A DNA stretch of 44,816 nt from Veterinaerplatzvirus T145P1, in sequence record OZ035767.1. The stretch is one strand, 5' to 3'. Shown here one piece after another: positions 1 to 9,369 of the stretch. A model generated the notes under the pieces. That model was not told where the DNA came from and made no database searches. It saw only the letters and a program-made list of their open reading frames with translations. A program made the translations under genes and the position numbers. Numbering within the stretch: the first letter of the stretch is position 1; every line of letters starts with the position of its first letter.

Positions 1-29
1 ATAATCTGACCTCAACAAAGGAGGATTAA

Positions 30-536
30 ATGAGCAAAGCAGCATTAAAGATGGGTGAGGGAAATTTCAAGGCGCTCTACAACAAGAAGTATGGCGATAT
101 TGCTATGGTGGCAATTAACCGCAAGTACACGCCTGAGGAAGTTTTCGATTTCGCCGTTAGGTACTTCTCATGGGCTGAAAGTACGGCAATCAAGGCCGCT
201 GAGACAGCATCATTTCAGGGCATGGTCACTGAACACCTCATACATAAACCTCGAGTATTCACATTAACCGGGCTGGCGCTCTTCATGGGTGTTAATATCA
301 ATAGGTTCGCTCGCTGGCGTACTGAGGCTGGATACTCTGACGTGATGGAATTCATTGATAACGTAATCTACGAGCAGAAATACCAGCTTGGCGTCGCAGG
401 CATCATCAACTCCACCATCGTTGGTAAAGAGCTTGGCATTGATAAGCCGCAGGAGATTACCATTAGCAACAACTCCACAGCTAACGACGTTGACAGCATG
501 AAGGAAGCGCTGGAATCTGTTATTGGTAAACTATAA
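30..536 (+). CDS. putative terminase small subunit
   Basis: 168-aa ORF with RBS GGAGGA, immediately upstream of the terminase large subunit; assignment by position only. Confidence 0.5.
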   Translation: MSKAALKMGEGNFKALYNKKYGDIAMVAINRKYTPEEVFDFAVRYFSWAESTAIKAAETASFQGMVTEHLIHKPRVFTLTGLALFMGVNINRFARWRTEAGYSDVMEFIDNVIYEQKYQLGVAGIINSTIVGKELGIDKPQEITISNNSTANDVDSMKEALESVIGKL

Positions 537-553
537 CAATAAGAGGGTATAAC

Positions 554-2119
554 ATGTCTTTAGTATGGGAAGAAATGACCATTCAGGAAAAGATGGCGGT
601 TAAGGCGATATCAGAACACAGCTTCGAGGGGTTTCTTCGCTGCTGGTTTTCAATAACGCAAGGCGAGCGATATATCCCTAACTGGCATCACAAATATCTA
701 TGCCGAATTATCGACGAGATTATTGCAGGTGAGCGCAAGGACACTATAATTAACATAGCGCCTGGTAGCGGGAAGACAGAGATCGCATCAATCCACTTCC
801 CGGCCTACTCGATGGTTAAGCTGAAGAAGGTGAGGAACCTTAACATCTCATTTGCTGACTCCCTGGTTAAGCGCAACTCTAAGCGCGTACGTGACCTTAT
901 CAAGTCTCAAGAATTTCAATCACTATGGCCTTGCAAGTTTGGCACATGCAAAGACGATGAACTTCAGGTTCTTGATGAGAGTGGCAGGGTTAGATTTGAG
1001 TCAATATCAAAGGCGGCTGGGGGTCAGATTACTGGTGCTCGAGGTGGTTATATAACAGAAACATATAGCGGAGCCGTTCTATTGGATGATTTTGACAAAC
1101 CCGCAGATATGCTTTCTCCGGTTTATCGAGCTAACAACCACGTAATGCTTAAGAACACAATTCGATCACGTCGCGCTAGCTCTGTAAAGGGAAAGGCAAC
1201 ACCAATTATCTCTATACAGCAGCGCCTGCACGTCAATGACTCAACCTGGTTCATGATGGAAGGCGGTATGGGCATCGAATTCGATTTAATTAAGATACCA
1301 GCGCTAGTTACCGATGATTACATCGATTCACTTCCTGACTGGATTAAAGATCAGTTTGCTGAGGACGTACTAAGCAGTGAATATATTGAGCGAGATGGAG
1401 TAAAGTACTACAGCTACTTTCCTAAAAAGGAATCCGTAAACGACCTGGTGGCAATGTGGGATAGTGACCCGTACACTTTCCTTAGCCAATATCAACAATG
1501 CCCAGTGGCTCTTGGCGGTAACCTGATTAACGTGGATTGGTTCCAGCGTCTTAGTGATACATTCAGGCCTCCAGCTAAGTACGATTACAGATTCATCACA
1601 TGCGATACTGCGATGACTACAAAGAGTTATAGTGACTTCTCCGTGCTTCAGTTATGGGGCTATAAGGATGCTAAGATTTACCTGATAGACCAGCGCAGGG
1701 GAAAATGGGAAGCACCAGAGTTGGAGGCTGAACTGCTGGACTTCGAGAAGAAATCAAGGGCAACCAGTCAGTCAGATGGTATCCTCAGAAGGATTATTAT
1801 CGAGAAGAAAGCGTCTGGTATCGGCCTGATTCAATCAGCTGGCAGGGTTATGCGAACACCGATAGAGCCATACGTACCGGATAACGACAAGCTGACTCGC
1901 GTAATGAGCGCATTGCCACAGATTAAGGCTGGTAATGTCGTTCTTCCAGAGTCTGCGCCGTGGCTAAACGGATTGCTTACTGAGGTTGCTGCTTTTACGG
2001 CAGATGATAGCCACAAACACGACGACCAGATTGACTGTCTAACTATGGCAATCAACCTGGTACTTAACATTGCGGACGACCCCAAAGCGCGACTAATGCG
2101 CATAGCGGGAATTAAATAG
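554..2119 (+). CDS. terminase large subunit (ATPase + nuclease)
   Basis: 521 aa; N-terminal P-loop-like GSGKTE, C-terminal acidic nuclease-like residues; first large gene of a packaging-head-tail module. Confidence 0.8.
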   Translation: MSLVWEEMTIQEKMAVKAISEHSFEGFLRCWFSITQGERYIPNWHHKYLCRIIDEIIAGERKDTIINIAPGSGKTEIASIHFPAYSMVKLKKVRNLNISFADSLVKRNSKRVRDLIKSQEFQSLWPCKFGTCKDDELQVLDESGRVRFESISKAAGGQITGARGGYITETYSGAVLLDDFDKPADMLSPVYRANNHVMLKNTIRSRRASSVKGKATPIISIQQRLHVNDSTWFMMEGGMGIEFDLIKIPALVTDDYIDSLPDWIKDQFAEDVLSSEYIERDGVKYYSYFPKKESVNDLVAMWDSDPYTFLSQYQQCPVALGGNLINVDWFQRLSDTFRPPAKYDYRFITCDTAMTTKSYSDFSVLQLWGYKDAKIYLIDQRRGKWEAPELEAELLDFEKKSRATSQSDGILRRIIIEKKASGIGLIQSAGRVMRTPIEPYVPDNDKLTRVMSALPQIKAGNVVLPESAPWLNGLLTEVAAFTADDSHKHDDQIDCLTMAINLVLNIADDPKARLMRIAGIK

Positions 2120-2162
2120 CACGAATTGCTAAACGCTAGAGCCACGGATGGCGTATAGTTAC
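2117..2162 (+). promoter_or_regulatory. conserved palindrome-promoter element, copy 1
   Basis: ATAGCACGAATTGCTAAA - 22 nt - TATAGTTA; terL stop TAG lies inside the palindrome. Confidence 0.6.
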
Positions 2163-2190
2163 TTCACACCAACAAGAGGAGAAAAGGCAA

Positions 2191-2565
2191 ATGAAAAACA
2201 AATCAAAGGCTTTATATCTTGGAAACACTTATGACGAGTGTTGTGAATTCACGCCGGGAAGAGAGTACGATTGTTACGATCTTGGTGATGGATTTATTGG
2301 TCTTTGCGATGATAATGATACTGAACGTTGCATTAAAAACGGAACGTTCTACAAGTTTAAACTAATCAATGAGGAACATTTTGTAACTGAAACTGAGTGC
2401 GCATCCATGCAGCCTAGCGCCGATAAAAAACCCGAGTTTAGATATTACATCAATGGCGAAGTGGTTACTAAGGTAAAGTTCGACGATACGCTATTATGCG
2501 TCAAGGACTTTGAATCTAGTGGGGTTGATACATCATCAATCAAGTTCGAAGTAAAATTCGAGTAA
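2191..2565 (+). CDS. hypothetical Cys-rich protein (moron-like insertion between terminase and portal)
   Basis: 124 aa, many Cys/Asp; own upstream promoter-like element (2117-2162) and downstream terminator (2587-2610). Confidence 0.55.
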   Translation: MKNKSKALYLGNTYDECCEFTPGREYDCYDLGDGFIGLCDDNDTERCIKNGTFYKFKLINEEHFVTETECASMQPSADKKPEFRYYINGEVVTKVKFDDTLLCVKDFESSGVDTSSIKFEVKFE

Positions 2566-2586
2566 TCAAAAACCGTGTGATAAACT

Positions 2587-2610
2587 AGCCCCCACATGGG
2601 GCTTTTTTTA
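2587..2610 (+). terminator. rho-independent terminator
   Basis: AGCCCC-ACAT-GGGGCT hairpin then T7. Confidence 0.7.
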
Positions 2611-2623
2611 TTGGAGAAATGCA

Positions 2624-3874
2624 ATGGTAAAGACAGACAGCTACGCCAATATCTTTCTCGGCGGCAGTGATGGTAGTGAGATTTACGGGAGCTTACAGAA
2701 TCAGGAGCCTACAATCCTGGCTTCTCTTTATGCGAATAATGCGCTGGTACGTAGAATTATCGACACAATCCCTGAGACAGCATTAGCGGCAGGATTCCAC
2801 ATTGATGGTATTGATGATGAGCCAGCATTTTGGTCGCGATGGGATGACCTGGAAATGACGCAGAATATTAACGACGCCTGGGCGTGGGCGAGATTATTCG
2901 GTGGCGCCGCTATTGTGGCTATCGTTAAGGACAATAGGGCACTAACAAGTGCGGTCAGAGAAGGTGCTGAGCTTGAAACAGTTCGCGTTTACGACCGCAC
3001 GCAAGTAAAAGTACAAACTCGCGAGGAGAATCCCCGTAACGCACGTTTTGGTAAGCCACTAACCTATCGCATCACCACAAATGAGAGCGATATGTTCTAT
3101 GATGTGCACTACAGCCGAATTCACATCATTGACGGAGAGCGAATTCCTAACGTAATGCGTCGGCAAAATGATGGCTGGGGCCGTAGCGTTCTATCCAGTG
3201 ACATTCTTGACTCAATTAAGGATTACACCAACTGTGAACGACTTGCTACGCAGTTACTGAAGCGCAAGCAGCAGGCGGTGTGGAAGGCAAAAGGTCTGGC
3301 TGAGTTATGTGATGATAGCGAAGGATTTGGTGCAGCTCGATTGAGACTTGCACAGGTTGACAACAATAGCGGCGTAGGCCAGGCGATTGGTATCGATGCG
3401 GAATCTGAAGAATACAGCATTCTCAACTCCGATATTGGCGGGATCGATGCGTTCCTGGATAAGAAGTTCGATAGAATCGTTGCCCTGAGCGGTATCCATG
3501 AAATCATCCTGAAAAACAAGAACGTTGGTGGTGTGTCATCAAGCCAGAATACAGCCCTTGAGACATTCCATAAGCTAGTTGACCGCAAACGTAACTCTGA
3601 GTTGCTTCCTATTCTTGGGTTCTTAATCCCGTTCATCGTAAATGTAGAAGAGTGGTCAGTTGAGTTTTATCCTTTAGCTCAGGAATCAAGCAAGGATAAG
3701 GCTGAGATTCTGGAGAAGAACGTAAACAGCATTGCATCACTAATTGCATCTGGCGCTATGAATGCTAACGAGGCGCGTGATACACTACGAGCCATCGCAC
3801 CAGAGATTAAGATTGGTGATGGTGATATTGAAGCTCAACAACAAGAAAAATCAGAGGAGGTTGTGATTGCTTAA
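2624..3874 (+). CDS. putative portal protein
   Basis: 416 aa, positioned between terminase and head genes. Confidence 0.65.
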   Translation: MVKTDSYANIFLGGSDGSEIYGSLQNQEPTILASLYANNALVRRIIDTIPETALAAGFHIDGIDDEPAFWSRWDDLEMTQNINDAWAWARLFGGAAIVAIVKDNRALTSAVREGAELETVRVYDRTQVKVQTREENPRNARFGKPLTYRITTNESDMFYDVHYSRIHIIDGERIPNVMRRQNDGWGRSVLSSDILDSIKDYTNCERLATQLLKRKQQAVWKAKGLAELCDDSEGFGAARLRLAQVDNNSGVGQAIGIDAESEEYSILNSDIGGIDAFLDKKFDRIVALSGIHEIILKNKNVGGVSSSQNTALETFHKLVDRKRNSELLPILGFLIPFIVNVEEWSVEFYPLAQESSKDKAEILEKNVNSIASLIASGAMNANEARDTLRAIAPEIKIGDGDIEAQQQEKSEEVVIA

Positions 3875-3939
3875 ATTAATTGGTTACGGTGGGGGTTAAT
3901 GAATGATGAATTTGATGGCTTTTAGTGAGGAGAATTGGG

Positions 3940-5028
3940 ATGTCTAAAATCCGATATGACAACGCAAAGTTTAAGGCAACAATCGACGAGAATGGATTCT
4001 TAGTAGATACGCCAGTTGTCGCACGTCTCGGCGTGCAAGTCTACTACATGGAGGACGGCCGCACTGTTCGGGAGTTTCGCCCAGCCGAGGAGGTTTTCAA
4101 AGATGAATCTCTAGCGAGCTACCAGGGCAAGCCAATGACCATGGACCATGTTTTCGTTAACTCAGAGAATGCTAAAGAGGTGGTGGTAGGATCGGTTGCT
4201 GGAAAGGCGGAGCCATTAGGCAGCTCTGTAGTTGCTCCAATTGTTATTTACGATAGTGCCGCCATCAAGGAAGCCATGGCAGGTAATGCAAAGGAGTTAT
4301 CCGTTGGATACTCATCAGTTATTGATTACACCCCCGGCTGGGGCGACCCTGTTACTGGCGAGTACTTCCTCAAGTCTGAAAGTGAGCTATTCGACGTACC
4401 AGAAGGATGGCAGGAGTTCGACGCAATTCAGCGTGACATTAAAGTGAACCATCTGGCAATGGTGTATCGCGGTCGCGCAGGCATTGCCAAATTGAATATG
4501 GACGGTGAGCAGGAAAACCCGTATACTACTGACGTTGATATCAATAAAGAGGATAAACAGGAAATGACAGTTAAAATTAAACTCGACGGCGCGCAGGAAT
4601 TTGAGGTCGCCCCGGAAATCGCCTCTCACATCGAAGCACTGAACGCAAAGGCTGACACCGCAATCGCAGAGCGCGATTCTCTGAAAGCTAAAGTAGATGC
4701 AATGCCAGCTGAAATCGAAGCTGCCGTTGCTAAAGCGAAAGCTGATGCTGATGCCCTAGCCGCTCTGGTTGCTGTTGCTGCTGAGGCTGGTGTTAAGGCT
4801 GACGGTCTGGATGCTAAAGGCATTAAAGTTGCTTACGTTAAAGAAGTCTCCGGTCTTGATGTTAGTGAGAAGTCTGACGCATACATCGACGCGGCATTCG
4901 ACATTGCCAAAGAATCTGATAAAATGGCTGAAGTACGTAAAGCAACTACTGCTTCCGACAAATCTGACAGCGCCGATGAGCCTAAGAAATTAGACCCACG
5001 TGCTCGTTTAGCTAAAATTAAGAAATAA
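3940..5028 (+). CDS. head morphogenesis / scaffold-like protein (possible prohead protease-scaffold)
   Basis: Start moved to ATG 3940 with RBS GAGGAG; C-terminal Ala/Lys/Glu-rich predicted coiled coil; synteny with lambda C/Nu3. Confidence 0.5.
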   Translation: MSKIRYDNAKFKATIDENGFLVDTPVVARLGVQVYYMEDGRTVREFRPAEEVFKDESLASYQGKPMTMDHVFVNSENAKEVVVGSVAGKAEPLGSSVVAPIVIYDSAAIKEAMAGNAKELSVGYSSVIDYTPGWGDPVTGEYFLKSESELFDVPEGWQEFDAIQRDIKVNHLAMVYRGRAGIAKLNMDGEQENPYTTDVDINKEDKQEMTVKIKLDGAQEFEVAPEIASHIEALNAKADTAIAERDSLKAKVDAMPAEIEAAVAKAKADADALAALVAVAAEAGVKADGLDAKGIKVAYVKEVSGLDVSEKSDAYIDAAFDIAKESDKMAEVRKATTASDKSDSADEPKKLDPRARLAKIKK

Positions 5029-5040
5029 GGAGTTATAAAC

Positions 5041-5562
5041 ATGGCAATTCGTTCCGTAGCACTGGCTGGTATGGTTTCTGATACTTCTCTGTACAACATC
5101 GACGGCGCTTGCGTAGTTGGCGGCGCAGCAGCCATTCCGGTTGGCACTTTTGTTGGCGTTACATCAGCTCAGCCTGTAGATGGTCACAAAGTTGTTGGGC
5201 TTCCTGCTGTGACTGGCACACCAGTTAAACCTTACGGTGTTGTTGTTAAATCTCATTATGAGACTCCAGATGGCACCGCTCGCGTAAATGAAGCGGTTAA
5301 CGTGATGACACACGGTCGAATCTGGGTTCGTACAACTCTAGCGGCTGCGCCAGTTTTTGGTAGTAAGGTTTACGTAAACGCGAGTGGCGTTGTTGCTGCT
5401 AAGGCTGCTACCACTACCTGGGAAACTGGTTTTACATTTGCTGGTGGCTATGTGTCGGCTTACGCTGGCGGCGCTGACCCAATTAAGCAAGGTGAAAGCG
5501 TTGATGGTGCAATGGTTGAGGTTCAGTTGATTCAATCAGCAGACTCAACTGTCGCCGCTTAA
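5041..5562 (+). CDS. putative head accessory/decoration protein
   Basis: 173 aa Gly/Ala/Val-rich, strong RBS AAGGAG, directly upstream of major capsid gene; positional inference. Confidence 0.4.
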   Translation: MAIRSVALAGMVSDTSLYNIDGACVVGGAAAIPVGTFVGVTSAQPVDGHKVVGLPAVTGTPVKPYGVVVKSHYETPDGTARVNEAVNVMTHGRIWVRTTLAAAPVFGSKVYVNASGVVAAKAATTTWETGFTFAGGYVSAYAGGADPIKQGESVDGAMVEVQLIQSADSTVAA

Positions 5563-5577
5563 TAATTAAGATATATA

Positions 5578-5602
5578 AAGCCTCCTTCGGGAGGTTTTTT
5601 TA
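5578..5602 (+). terminator. rho-independent terminator
   Basis: AAGCCTCC-TTCG-GGAGG hairpin then T7. Confidence 0.75.
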
Positions 5603-5607
5603 TACCA

Positions 5608-5635
5608 TTGCGTGGGCTAAAAACTCGTGTATAAT
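5608..5635 (+). promoter_or_regulatory. sigma70-like promoter upstream of major capsid gene
   Basis: TTGCGT - 16 nt - TATAAT, immediately after a terminator. Confidence 0.55.
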
Positions 5636-5673
5636 GAACCCGTAGACACCTAACTGAAAAGGAACAATAAAGA

Positions 5674-6618
5674 ATGGCCATTAAATTTGATGCAGAACAA
5701 GCAAAAATCACCGCTCACCTCGAGCAAATGGGCGTAGAGAAAGCAGATGCCGCTGGTATCTGGACTGTTAAGCAACTGACCGCCAATCTGGCACGAGCTT
5801 ACGAAAAAGAATATGCAGACAACTCCGTTGTTAATATCTTCCCTGTGACCAATGAAATCCCTGGTCATGCGAAATATTTCGAATATCCAGAATTTGACGG
5901 CGTTGGCATTGCTCAGATTATCGCCGATTACTCTGACGACTTGCCGCTGGTTGATGCGTTTATGACCGAGAAACAGGGTAAAGTGTTCCGCTTTGGTAAC
6001 GCGTTCCTGATCTCCACTGACGAAATCAAAGCAGGTGCGGCAACTGGTCAGCCACTGTCGGCTCGCAAACAGGCTCTGGCATTCGAAGCGCATGATAACC
6101 TGCTGGATAAACTGGTATGGTCAGGCTCTACACCACACGGAATTCCTAGCGTGTTCAATCATCCGAACATCAACAACGTTGTTTCTGGTGGTGCGTGGAG
6201 CTCTGCAGCTGCCGCCATGACTGATATTACCGCACTTATTGATGCAATCGAGACTGCGACTAATGGCACTCACACCGCAACTGATATCTTGCTGCCTGCC
6301 TCCGCTCGCCGCCTGATGCAAGAACTGGTGCCGAATACATCTATCAGCTACGCCCAGCTGTTCGCTACCAATAACTCTGGTATCACTCTGCGTTATCTTC
6401 AGTTCCTGGATAACTACGACGGAGCAGGCGGTAAAGCAGCATTGGCGTTTGAAAAGAATCCTCTCAACCTTTCGATTGAGATCCCGGAAGCGACCAATGT
6501 ACTTCCAGGACAGCCTAAGGATTTGCACATCCGCTACCCTGTTACCTCCAAAGCAACAGGATTGATTTTATATCGCCCTCTGACGGTGGCCGTAATGAAA
6601 GGTATCACCTTCGCGTGA
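5674..6618 (+). CDS. major capsid protein
   Basis: 314 aa; preceded by sigma70-like promoter and followed by strong terminator; position after scaffold. Confidence 0.7.
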   Translation: MAIKFDAEQAKITAHLEQMGVEKADAAGIWTVKQLTANLARAYEKEYADNSVVNIFPVTNEIPGHAKYFEYPEFDGVGIAQIIADYSDDLPLVDAFMTEKQGKVFRFGNAFLISTDEIKAGAATGQPLSARKQALAFEAHDNLLDKLVWSGSTPHGIPSVFNHPNINNVVSGGAWSSAAAAMTDITALIDAIETATNGTHTATDILLPASARRLMQELVPNTSISYAQLFATNNSGITLRYLQFLDNYDGAGGKAALAFEKNPLNLSIEIPEATNVLPGQPKDLHIRYPVTSKATGLILYRPLTVAVMKGITFA

Positions 6619-6622
6619 TAAA

Positions 6623-6646
6623 TCGCCCTCTTCGGAGGGCTTTTTT
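6623..6646 (+). terminator. rho-independent terminator after major capsid gene
   Basis: GCCCTC-TTCG-GAGGGC hairpin then T6. Confidence 0.75.
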
Positions 6647-6709
6647 ACGTCTGTACCAAATGGATTTGTTGGGTTATAATCACTCAATCAGATAACAAAG
6701 GAGACAAAA

Positions 6710-6955
6710 ATGATTCGTTTAGAACACACTGGCGCTTGCCTTATCGTTTACAGGGGTGAGAAATATTTGCCTGGTGACACTTTCGAGGTTGATGCAATTT
6801 GCGACGGACTCAAGCGTTTAATCGCAGAGGGTAAACTCACCATTGAGGGTGACGCCAAAGCAACCAAACAAATCGCGCAAGAAGTTGTTAGCAAGAAAAA
6901 GCGCAGAGAACCGAAAACCATCTCCGAGGCTGAGACTGGTAACGAGTACAAATAA
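6710..6955 (+). CDS. hypothetical head-associated protein
   Basis: 81-aa ORF with RBS AAGGAG between two terminator-like hairpins. Confidence 0.45.
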   Translation: MIRLEHTGACLIVYRGEKYLPGDTFEVDAICDGLKRLIAEGKLTIEGDAKATKQIAQEVVSKKKRREPKTISEAETGNEYK

Positions 6956-6996
6956 TAAACAGGGCGCTTCGGCGTCCTTTATTGTATGGAGCTAAT

Positions 6997-7398
6997 ATGA
7001 ATGATGCAATTTTGGCGTTTATGCGCTCGCTTGTACCTGCTCTCAAAGCGGCGGATGACGAATCAATTAATGTATGGATTGATTTGGCACGTCTATACGT
7101 ATGCGAAAGCAAGTTTGGAGCAGACAAAGACAAGGCTGTCGGCCTTTATGCATTGCACCTGATGCTTGCTGATGGCGCGTTTAAAGGCGAGAACGAAGGT
7201 CTGGAAACATACAGTCGTAGAATGGCAAGTTACGCACTGAGCGGTGAATTCTCTATCACATATGATACCCAATCAGCAGCATCTGGTGATTTATCATCTT
7301 CTCAATTCGGTAGGATGTATAAGGCGCTTCTTCGCAAGAAAGGCGGTGGATTTGGATTAATTACTTCCGCTACTGGCGGTGGGTGCGGTTGCCGATGA
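6997..7398 (+). CDS. putative head-tail connector protein
   Basis: Start moved to ATG 6997 (track start is TTG); position between capsid and tail genes. Confidence 0.45.
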   Translation: MNDAILAFMRSLVPALKAADDESINVWIDLARLYVCESKFGADKDKAVGLYALHLMLADGAFKGENEGLETYSRRMASYALSGEFSITYDTQSAASGDLSSSQFGRMYKALLRKKGGGFGLITSATGGGCGCR

Positions 7399-7766
7399 AC
7401 TACAGCGAAATAGAATCAATCACTCGCGAAGGAATTAACTTCTTTAGTGATGCCAATGGCGTTTACGAGATGAGTACTGGCGCTGGATATGTTGAAATCG
7501 TTAACGGCGTTGAGGTTGAGTTTCCTTCGCAAACATTCCAGCTAAAGGGTTTGGTTCGAGAAATCAAGACTCGCGATATAGATGGTGAGTTTATCCATTT
7601 TGGCGATAAGCGCGGAATCTTCACAGCTCAGGTGGAAATTAAGCAGGGTTATCAGATTAAAGTTGATGGTGAGACTTTTGTTGTTGTTGATCCGCGACCA
7701 GTTAAACCAACTGGTACAGTGGTTGGTTACAGACCGATTCTTCGTAGGGTGGCTGCTTATGGCTAG
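7395..7766 (+). CDS. putative head-tail joining/closure protein
   Basis: Overlaps the stop of the upstream gene; synteny. Confidence 0.45.
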   Translation: MNYSEIESITREGINFFSDANGVYEMSTGAGYVEIVNGVEVEFPSQTFQLKGLVREIKTRDIDGEFIHFGDKRGIFTAQVEIKQGYQIKVDGETFVVVDPRPVKPTGTVVGYRPILRRVAAYG

Positions 7767-8196
7767 AAATATTGGAAGCGTCGCTACGTTTGAGAAATCT
7801 ATTACTGACTGGATTGACAGAGCAGATAAGGGATTTGAAATTGTGGTCGCTAATACGGTCACTAAAACAGCCAACGCAATTGTGGACCTTTCCCCTGTCG
7901 ACACTGGTAGATTCAAGGCTAACTGGCAAATTACCGCAAACTCACCAGCCCAGCAGTCTCTGAATGAGTACGATCAGACTGGCGGGCAGACAAAAACATA
8001 TCTCGCCAGACAAGCCAGAGCAGTAGCCAATTCAAAAGCCACTAGTGTTATTTATATTACTAACCGACTTGATTACGCAGCCGACCTTGAGTATGGAGCT
8101 TCAAATCAGGCTCCGTCTGGTGTTTTGGGCGTGGTGCAAGCGAGGCTTGGCAGGTATTTTCAAGAAGCAGTGGAGGAGGCTCGTCGTGCAATATGA
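7759..8196 (+). CDS. HK97 gp10-like tail component (neck)
   Basis: Start at ATG 7759; motif DTGRFKANW resembles the HK97 gp10-family signature. Confidence 0.55.
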   Translation: MARNIGSVATFEKSITDWIDRADKGFEIVVANTVTKTANAIVDLSPVDTGRFKANWQITANSPAQQSLNEYDQTGGQTKTYLARQARAVANSKATSVIYITNRLDYAADLEYGASNQAPSGVLGVVQARLGRYFQEAVEEARRAI

Positions 8197-8587
8197 ATTA
8201 TCATTAGCAGCAAGGAAATTCGTCAACGATTTGTTGGTAAATGAATTTCCGGTCAGATATCCAGTTGCGTGGGAGAATGCTGCATTCACCCCTCCTGCGG
8301 ATGGATCAATCTGGCTTAAGTACGACTACACGGAAGTTGATACTGTAACCTACGGATTAAGCAGGAAGTGCAAATACTACGTAGGCATGGTGCAGATTTC
8401 TGTTTTCTTCAGCCCTGGCACTGGAATTGATAGACCCAGACAAATCGCTAATCAATTGGCAGAATCTATCGTTGATGGTACAATGCTTGACAGCGGGACC
8501 ATTTATGAGTCTGGAGTTGTTAACCCGGTTATCAAATCCAAATCTGGGTGGTTTATCCCGGTTCGTTTTTATGTTCGTCTAGACTAA
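8186..8587 (+). CDS. putative tail completion protein
   Basis: GTG start 8186 after RBS GGAGGAGG; immediately precedes the major tail protein. Confidence 0.4.
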   Translation: MQYELSLAARKFVNDLLVNEFPVRYPVAWENAAFTPPADGSIWLKYDYTEVDTVTYGLSRKCKYYVGMVQISVFFSPGTGIDRPRQIANQLAESIVDGTMLDSGTIYESGVVNPVIKSKSGWFIPVRFYVRLD

Positions 8588-8602
8588 CAAAAGGAAAAAT
8601 AA

Positions 8603-9259
8603 ATGGCTCATCTCAGCAATGGCACGCAGGTCTTCGTAGAAGGCTCTCGCGGAGCTGCAATTGACGTAACTGCAATTTCTAACGCAGTTACCCCTGTTTT
8701 AACTGTATCTGACGCCTCTGGCTTGGTCGTTGGTGATTACTTGCTTTTCACCTCTTCTGCCTCAACTCTTCTGGCTGACAAGCAGGTTCGCGTAACTGCA
8801 ATCACTGATACGTCAGTAACCGTTGAAGGTATTGATACCTCCAGCACCACTAAGTTCCCTGCTGGTCTAACTGGTGAAGTTGTTAAAATTACTTCATGGT
8901 TCGAGGTTCCTTGTGTTCAGGACGTATCTACTGACGGCGGCGAACAGCAGTTCGTTAACTTCCAGTGCTTGTCAGATGACCGCGAACAGCAGATTCCGAC
9001 TTATAAATCTGCCGTAACAAACACCTTCACCTTTGCTCACGAGTACACTAACCCGGTTTATCCGGTTCTGCGTAACTACGACGAGTCTGGCCAGGTTGTT
9101 GCGATTCGTCTGTTCGTACCTCGCGCTCAGGAAATGCGTTTACAGTCCGGCACTATCGCTTTCAACGACACCCCTACCATTGGTGTTAACGAAATCGAAA
9201 CGGTATCCATCGCAGTATCCATTCGTGGGCGCCTATCCTCTGTGGCAGCAGAAGTTTAA
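8603..9259 (+). CDS. major tail protein
   Basis: 218 aa, followed by terminator, located upstream of G/GT chaperones and tape measure. Confidence 0.7.
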   Translation: MAHLSNGTQVFVEGSRGAAIDVTAISNAVTPVLTVSDASGLVVGDYLLFTSSASTLLADKQVRVTAITDTSVTVEGIDTSSTTKFPAGLTGEVVKITSWFEVPCVQDVSTDGGEQQFVNFQCLSDDREQQIPTYKSAVTNTFTFAHEYTNPVYPVLRNYDESGQVVAIRLFVPRAQEMRLQSGTIAFNDTPTIGVNEIETVSIAVSIRGRLSSVAAEV

Positions 9260-9265
9260 AGCACA

Positions 9266-9288
9266 AACCCTCTTCGGAGGGTTTTTTA
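9266..9288 (+). terminator. rho-independent terminator after major tail protein gene
   Basis: ACCCTC-TTCG-GAGGGT hairpin then T6. Confidence 0.75.
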
Positions 9289-9292
9289 TTGC

Positions 9293-9338
9293 ATAGCACT
9301 TTTTGCTAAAGCGGTTATTCAACTTTGCTGTATAGTTA
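9293..9338 (+). promoter_or_regulatory. conserved palindrome-promoter element, copy 2
   Basis: ATAGCACTTTTTGCTAAA - 22 nt - TATAGTTACC then CATCGAAACGAAA leader. Confidence 0.6.
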
Positions 9339-9369
9339 CCTCATCGAAACGAAATGAGAGATTAAAGAA

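Noticed and set aside
55-267. Small ORFs nested in or antisense to large genes (for example 55-267, 852-1055, 1831-2145, 3223-3636, 4626-4823, 10323-10574, 16705-17016, 26033-26335)
   Set aside because: They overlap well-supported long genes in alternative frames or on the opposite strand, lack RBSs, and often sit in GC- or Ala-rich regions that give chance open frames.
2117-2175. T7/SP6-type single-subunit RNA polymerase promoter
   Set aside because: The TATAG core resembles phage RNAP promoters superficially, but no RNA polymerase gene is in the window and the flanking consensus does not match T7, T3 or SP6; host-RNAP promoters with an activator site fit better.
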